A stretch of 64,000 nt of DNA from Minutocellus sp. GHC0000111 (Eukaryota), in assembly GCA_977018835.1 (NCBI GenBank), contig OZ361256.1, positions 5,456,001 to 5,520,000 on the forward strand. Reading direction: 5' to 3'. The notes under the pieces are model-generated. The model worked only from the letters and a program-made list of their open reading frames with translations, was not told the origin of the DNA and ran no database searches. A program made the position numbers and the translations under genes. Positions 58,760 through 64,000 of the stretch are shown piece by piece; position 1 is the first letter of the stretch; every line of letters begins with the position of its first letter.

Positions 58760-60880
58760 ATGGCGTCCTCCAACGCCGCCGCTCTCGGCACCCCGACGGA
58801 ATATCCCAACACCATCCACCGCAAGGTCAAGGGGACGCTCATCCTCAATGACTCCCGCCTGACGTTCCGACCGGAAAGCAACACAAATAATGGCGGCAGC
58901 AGCAGCACCGACGACGCCCTAACCATTCCCTGGTCGGCCGTGACGAAGCATCAGGTCAGCCCGAAGACGCATCCCAAGCATTTGCTCCGAGTGTTGCTCA
59001 AATCGGCGGGCGGCGGCGATGATAACAATGGAAACAACAAGAAGAAGGCACCGGCCAAGGCGTTTGAGCTGCCAAGCCGATCGGAGCTCGATCGCATTCG
59101 AAAGGATGTTACAGGTAGGCTGCAAGCGGCCGCATCGGCTGCCTCCGCCGCCACAAACACAGCTGGTGGTGCCGATCGGAAGCGCAAACGTAGCAACGAT
59201 GGCGATGGTGATGACACACCCTCCTCTCCCGCACAGTTTTCGTCGCCGTCCTACACCGACCTCGACCCGTCCACGATCGCCGTAGCCCGCTCGTCCCTCC
59301 TCTCGTCCTCTCCCACGCTGCGCTCCCAGCACGACCATCTGGTAACGCAAACGCTGACGCTGACGGAAGAATCCTTCTGGTCTCATCACGCCCAATCTGT
59401 GGCCGACGAGGCGGCCCGGATCCACGGCCGGCTGTCGGCGGGCCAGTCCTCCACCATCAAATCCAACCTCGACCTCGGTCCGCGCGGTCGAGTCCGTCTC
59501 GGCGTCGAAGAGATGCGCCAAATTTTCATCATGTACCCCGCCGTCCATGCCGCGTACGAGGAGAAGGTGCCTCTGGAACTGAGCGAGGAGCAGTTCTGGC
59601 GACGGTATTTGGAGAGTGAATTTTTCCATCGAGATAGAGGACGGATCGGTGCCCACATTGGCAAGACGGTGGAGGGTGTGGCCGGGGCGGGTGGTGGCGA
59701 AGAGAAGAAGGACGATGGAGACGATGGCAAGAAGATCGATAAGAAGTCTGCCAAGGAGGACGAGGCGGCCAGGACGGCGCGGTTGGGTGCTGCTGGGGCC
59801 AACGATTTGTTTTCAAGGGTGGAGGCCGAGCAGAGACAGGGAAGTGATGTGCCCATGGGCGGTACCAAGACCAAGCGGCCCAAGGCCAAGGGACAATTCG
59901 ACCTGGCCGCGACTGCCGCATCCGACCGTGGAGATAGAGTATTGAACGCCACCGATCTGTTTCCGCAGGATGATGGCAAGACCGGCGGTAGTAGTGATGC
60001 TACCACCGCCCGAGTCATCGATAAATATAATCGGCACTCCCGCCTCGTGGTGTTGCACTCCGACGAACCTGCAGCATCCGCCGCCGAGGATGGCGATGGT
60101 GACGAAGAGAACGAGCCCGGTACTGATGCCGAGATGCGTCGTTTGGTTGGCTTTGCTGATGCCACGGAGGACTCGGCCGATCATGTCCATGGCACCGTTG
60201 ATGGAATGTACGAGGAGCTACTCCTTCGCAATGTCGGAGCATACTCCGGCAATATGGGCAACGATACCGACGCAGCAGCTTCTGGCAATAGCGCGTCTTC
60301 TGCGGAGGAAATAATGAAGAGAGGTGTCCTGTCCAAGTCTGTCGCTGCTGCAACGCGAGAGATGGCGACCCAGTTGCTTCAAGCCGGTGGAGAAACGAAT
60401 GGCAAGAATGGTAGCTCGGCGTTGGAGGGTGGCTTCCCGCCGGCGGCGTTGGGAAAGGAGCTTTTAGCGGCTCTAACCAAGCGTATGGCACAAAATTCCA
60501 GCGCTGACACTGACGCCACAGCAATCACCAACCAAATGCCATCTGAATTTCGTGACAAGCTCAATTCTTACTTCCGCCGTTCATCAGAACTGCTCCGGCA
60601 CTTTTTTGGCATCCGTGATAGCCTCGATGACAATGTGGGTGGCGGTTGCAGCGAAGCCGACCTGCAAAAGTTGAACAAAATTGTCAAGGGGATGGAGAAA
60701 GTCTACCGTGAGATGGAGGCCATGCGAAAGAGCTTGCCGCAGTCCAAGCTTGGAGAGGCAATGCGAAAAATGTGCGTACCAATCATGGACCAACTAGATT
60801 TGGCCTTCAAACTCCACAGAGAAAATGCCAGTGGCAGAGCAGGCGGTGGCGGCGGATTCGTCACCGTTGAGGAGTTATGA
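58760..60880 (+). CDS. GTF2H1: TFIIH subunit p62/Tfb1
   Basis: N-terminal PH-like domain (GTLIL...IPWSAV.KHQVSPK), BSD motifs LTEESFW and QIFIMYPAV...VP..LSEEQFWRRY, C-terminal ELLRHF. Confidence 0.88.
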   Translation: MASSNAAALGTPTEYPNTIHRKVKGTLILNDSRLTFRPESNTNNGGSSSTDDALTIPWSAVTKHQVSPKTHPKHLLRVLLKSAGGGDDNNGNNKKKAPAKAFELPSRSELDRIRKDVTGRLQAAASAASAATNTAGGADRKRKRSNDGDGDDTPSSPAQFSSPSYTDLDPSTIAVARSSLLSSSPTLRSQHDHLVTQTLTLTEESFWSHHAQSVADEAARIHGRLSAGQSSTIKSNLDLGPRGRVRLGVEEMRQIFIMYPAVHAAYEEKVPLELSEEQFWRRYLESEFFHRDRGRIGAHIGKTVEGVAGAGGGEEKKDDGDDGKKIDKKSAKEDEAARTARLGAAGANDLFSRVEAEQRQGSDVPMGGTKTKRPKAKGQFDLAATAASDRGDRVLNATDLFPQDDGKTGGSSDATTARVIDKYNRHSRLVVLHSDEPAASAAEDGDGDEENEPGTDAEMRRLVGFADATEDSADHVHGTVDGMYEELLLRNVGAYSGNMGNDTDAAASGNSASSAEEIMKRGVLSKSVAAATREMATQLLQAGGETNGKNGSSALEGGFPPAALGKELLAALTKRMAQNSSADTDATAITNQMPSEFRDKLNSYFRRSSELLRHFFGIRDSLDDNVGGGCSEADLQKLNKIVKGMEKVYREMEAMRKSLPQSKLGEAMRKMCVPIMDQLDLAFKLHRENASGRAGGGGGFVTVEEL

Positions 60881-61004
60881 GTGAAAGCTGCACATGCGTT
60901 CGTGTTCTTTGAAGAAGAATACAAAGTCTTGCTGGATCATTTAAATTTGCTATCTAGCTAGATTAGCTTTCTATAAATACCAGTGTATCTCTATCCTCCT
61001 GTGC

Positions 61005-63641
61005 TCACTCACTGCGACCGCTACAGCGCTGGTAGACCAGAGTTAAGTCTTGCCTCCCCTCGCCAGAGCTTCCAACGATCATCCACTGACCGCCTGGATG
61101 CACCGCAAGTACGTGCGGGGTGCCGTTGTCAATCGGTATTCTGCTCACAACGCCTTTAGGCTCAATTGAAGCAGAGTCTAAATCAACAAGAAGTATTGCA
61201 TCGCCATCATCTCGAGACAGACGTTCAATCTCCGCTTCGGGCGAACTTGAAAGGACGCGCTTGTCCTTGTTTGACATTACCTTGATATTTCTTTTCACCG
61301 AAGCAATGGCCAGCAGGGAAGCCTGACCGGGAAGTGCGCACACTGGGGTCGGCACGGGAGGGAGGCTGAAAGTCAAAGCGTTTTCGCCAACAAAAATCTC
61401 CTCGAGATCTGAATTAAGCCATTTCGTCGTGGCCGTCTTGAAAGCTATCTGAAGGGATAATGTCGCCAAAGCTTCGGCCGAGTGGTTGGAAGAAGTCTTC
61501 CCTGATCTGCCAAGATCGCGGATCGATGCATTCAGAGCCCATCCGCAATTCGTCACAATCGTAATGCGAGCCTCTTCGGCGGGGACACTCCTACTTGAAG
61601 GAGATGAAATCCTTCCTCCTCCCGACGAAGAATCATCATCCCATAGAGTCATCTTCTTAATGCCCATCCATGAGTTTGAGGGAAGGACTGCATCGACTAG
61701 TCTCCGTCGTGCAATGTGACGAACTATGTTGCTAGACCAAACCACCGTCGGGGTCAGCTTGGTGGAGAAGGCTTTCTTGGAAAGCTTGTCCAGATCGATG
61801 ATCGCAAGACTTCCCTTGGTTCCACCGACCAAAATGAGGCCACCGTGTTCCCGAGAGGTGTTGGACAGACCGTTACAATCTCTGAGATGACACATGGAGG
61901 AAATGCCTTCACTGTCCGCTGAAAGTTGCGACGAGGACAAAAAGGGAGATATCGACCAAACAAGTTTTGGATTTTGACCCTTCTTCTGGCCGCGCGCCAT
62001 ATTTCTGGGAAAGTTCCACAGCCTCAGCGTCCCATGCGCTCCTCCTGCCAAGAGGCTTGAGACCTTTCGGCTAGTGGACGGTAACTGAAGGATAGAAATA
62101 TTCCCTTCAGTACGAAGGTGTCCACGTAACGAGTCGGCGTCGGATAGTACAATATGATTGGGGCCCTCGGCTTCGGAACCCGAATTGAGATCATATATTC
62201 GAATTCTACAATCCGTGGCAAACGAGACCACAAGCAAATCTTCGCAGTACGGATTCCACTTGATAGAGCTGATTCTGGAAGTAGAGCGAGTACTGAAAGC
62301 CAATACCGGACCGATAGAAGTAGCTTGTCGAATATTTCTACTGTTTGGATGGACGGTGTCAGGTGCTGCTCGTGCACGGTACGCAACCCTTCGTGCAGCG
62401 ATATCAGCTGCACATAGCTCGTCAAAGTCATAAACAGTAATGATGCCACGGGTGTCGGCCGTTGCCAACAAGACTCCTAGTCTATCAAATTCAAGCGCCA
62501 CGGTGCCATGGGCAGGAAGGTTTACTGTTTCGCATTTCGTCCACTTATCGGACGCATTTGCGAATCGCCGAAGAGCATTTGTCGGTTCAGGGCGGCAAGG
62601 CTTTGGAGGAGCACTTCTTGTGCGACCATGGGCAATGGAAACACTTCGGCGAAATAGAGCAGATAGGACGTTCACTCTGTCCGTATCATTACTGACCTCA
62701 GATGGCAAAGTATTTGGAGGGACACTAAAGTGTCTCATTCCAAATTGCATGGCATTCGAATTTTGCTTCGGATCGATTTGAACCTGTTCGTCAACAATAC
62801 CTCCATCACTCACAGATGATGTGGCCCCGTTATCACTGTGGGCGACTGGAATATTATCCGAAAGAGGGGCGGGGTTGCCGTTGGTTTCGGTGTCTGCGCG
62901 GTCCAATGAGATATCATTCGCGTTTATCGTGGTGGCCGCTGATGTGCTTGTCAATGTGTTTTCTGGAACGCTCGTCGTACTAGTTGTGCTATTGTCTCTA
63001 CTTCCTTTCTGCGACAAGGAACTCGAAAGGAATGCCCCGATACCCAGTTGACGGCGCTGCTGCTGCGGTTGTTGCTGTTGTTGTCGCTGCTCCTTTTGCT
63101 TTCGCCCTTGTTTGTCATTTGCACCGCTTTGACCGGTGTGGCGGCGAGCTGATGATGTGCTGGACACATCAGAGCTGCTCCTGCTCTCAAGCTTGCGCCT
63201 CTTGGCACCGCCGCTATTACTCCCTCTGCGGTCATTTCTTGCGTTGCTTTCGCCAACACGTAATCCACTGCTAGTTTTGCTGCCCTTGCTCTTGCTTTTA
63301 CTGCCAGCCAACGATGCGAGCGGCACCTCATCATTGTCGTCGTCGGAATCCTCGATCGATGACAAGTCGTCTTCCTCGTCACTCCTCTTTTTGCTTATTT
63401 TAGTTTCGCCACCCCTTCTTGCCAGCGATTGGAACAGCGGATAGCATGCCACAGATGATCGTGAGGTGGCTGAAGAGGACGTGGTGCTGCTGCTGCGTCT
63501 ACTCGTGCTGGTAGTGGCGGTTGCACTTGCCGCCCCCGATTTGCTCGTCTTTCTCCTCCTTTGCTTGTCGTCCGAAGTATCGAGTTGTGCCGGTATTGCC
63601 GAGAGCCCCTCCGGCAGTCCGAAGGAACCGATACCGTCCAT
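61005..63641 (-). CDS. WD40-like repeat protein with low-complexity N-terminus
   Basis: ALEFDRLGVLLA, ISSIKWNP, IRIYDL, GTLRLWNF, LAVHPGGQWMIVG; long intronless ORF. Confidence 0.7.
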   Translation of the reverse strand: MDGIGSFGLPEGLSAIPAQLDTSDDKQRRRKTSKSGAASATATTSTSRRSSSTTSSSATSRSSVACYPLFQSLARRGGETKISKKRSDEEDDLSSIEDSDDDNDEVPLASLAGSKSKSKGSKTSSGLRVGESNARNDRRGSNSGGAKRRKLESRSSSDVSSTSSARRHTGQSGANDKQGRKQKEQRQQQQQPQQQRRQLGIGAFLSSSLSQKGSRDNSTTSTTSVPENTLTSTSAATTINANDISLDRADTETNGNPAPLSDNIPVAHSDNGATSSVSDGGIVDEQVQIDPKQNSNAMQFGMRHFSVPPNTLPSEVSNDTDRVNVLSALFRRSVSIAHGRTRSAPPKPCRPEPTNALRRFANASDKWTKCETVNLPAHGTVALEFDRLGVLLATADTRGIITVYDFDELCAADIAARRVAYRARAAPDTVHPNSRNIRQATSIGPVLAFSTRSTSRISSIKWNPYCEDLLVVSFATDCRIRIYDLNSGSEAEGPNHIVLSDADSLRGHLRTEGNISILQLPSTSRKVSSLLAGGAHGTLRLWNFPRNMARGQKKGQNPKLVWSISPFLSSSQLSADSEGISSMCHLRDCNGLSNTSREHGGLILVGGTKGSLAIIDLDKLSKKAFSTKLTPTVVWSSNIVRHIARRRLVDAVLPSNSWMGIKKMTLWDDDSSSGGGRISSPSSRSVPAEEARITIVTNCGWALNASIRDLGRSGKTSSNHSAEALATLSLQIAFKTATTKWLNSDLEEIFVGENALTFSLPPVPTPVCALPGQASLLAIASVKRNIKVMSNKDKRVLSSSPEAEIERLSRDDGDAILLVDLDSASIEPKGVVSRIPIDNGTPHVLAVHPGGQWMIVGSSGEGRQDLTLVYQRCSGRSE

Positions 63642-64000
63642 GATGGCCGGTGGTATAGCTGAGGGGCGCAAGGCTCACTCACGGAAGTGCCGGTGGGAGT
63701 GGAGGGAAGGAGGGAAGGAGGGAAGGGGGGTTTTGAGGGTTGAGGAAACGGGTGGGCCAAGCCGGCATGGCAGTAAATTGAAAAAAATGGCCATCTTCGG
63801 TTTGGAGGCATGACTGAATGAATGTACATGTAGGAATTCCTACCGGTACCCGAGCAATAGCCAAGCCTATACCATCATTTGAAGGTAGACTACTCTAGAT
63901 CTACTACTACTTAGCGTTATGCCCAAGTCTAAGATTATGCAGATTCCTTCTCCTCCGTTCCTCCTCTCCTCTTTCTTTGTTGCTGCAGCTCCTCCTTCTT

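Overview
Gene-dense eukaryotic nuclear DNA, very likely from a diatom: short GT-AG introns and bipartite signal-peptide + ASA-FAP plastid presequences. About 20 host genes, in order: NELF-A-like (truncated at the window edge), TruA, plastid SET/LSMT-like protein, sulfotransferase-like protein, cystathionine beta-synthase, a giant Rav1/rabconnectin-3 fused to PDZ/SH2/DEP/C2, a frameshifted HDAC, membrane-anchored HIU hydrolase, two plastid S1-domain proteins, a DsrE-like protein, a Cys/His-repeat protein, a purple-acid-phosphatase-like protein, an AAA ATPase, a cNMP-RGS protein, NDUFA12, an ankyrin protein, a tandem MazG-like protein, TFIIH p62 and a WD40-like protein. Two DNA-transposon loci are present. 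One is a full-length, decayed PIF/Harbinger element with TIRs and a TGA target-site duplication (32790-37896). The other is a decayed Chapaev/Transib/RAG1-like locus followed by satellites (~20.6-25.4 kb). The most striking observation is at 28.7-32.5 kb: a plastid-targeted 149-aa protein built almost entirely of H-x3-C-x-C-x2-C repeats (metallothionein-like). The same module, nearly identical at DNA level, sits inside the predicted transit peptide of a neighbouring plastid S1 RNA-binding protein, with a DsrE-like gene between the two. All assignments come from motif recognition by eye; no searches were run.
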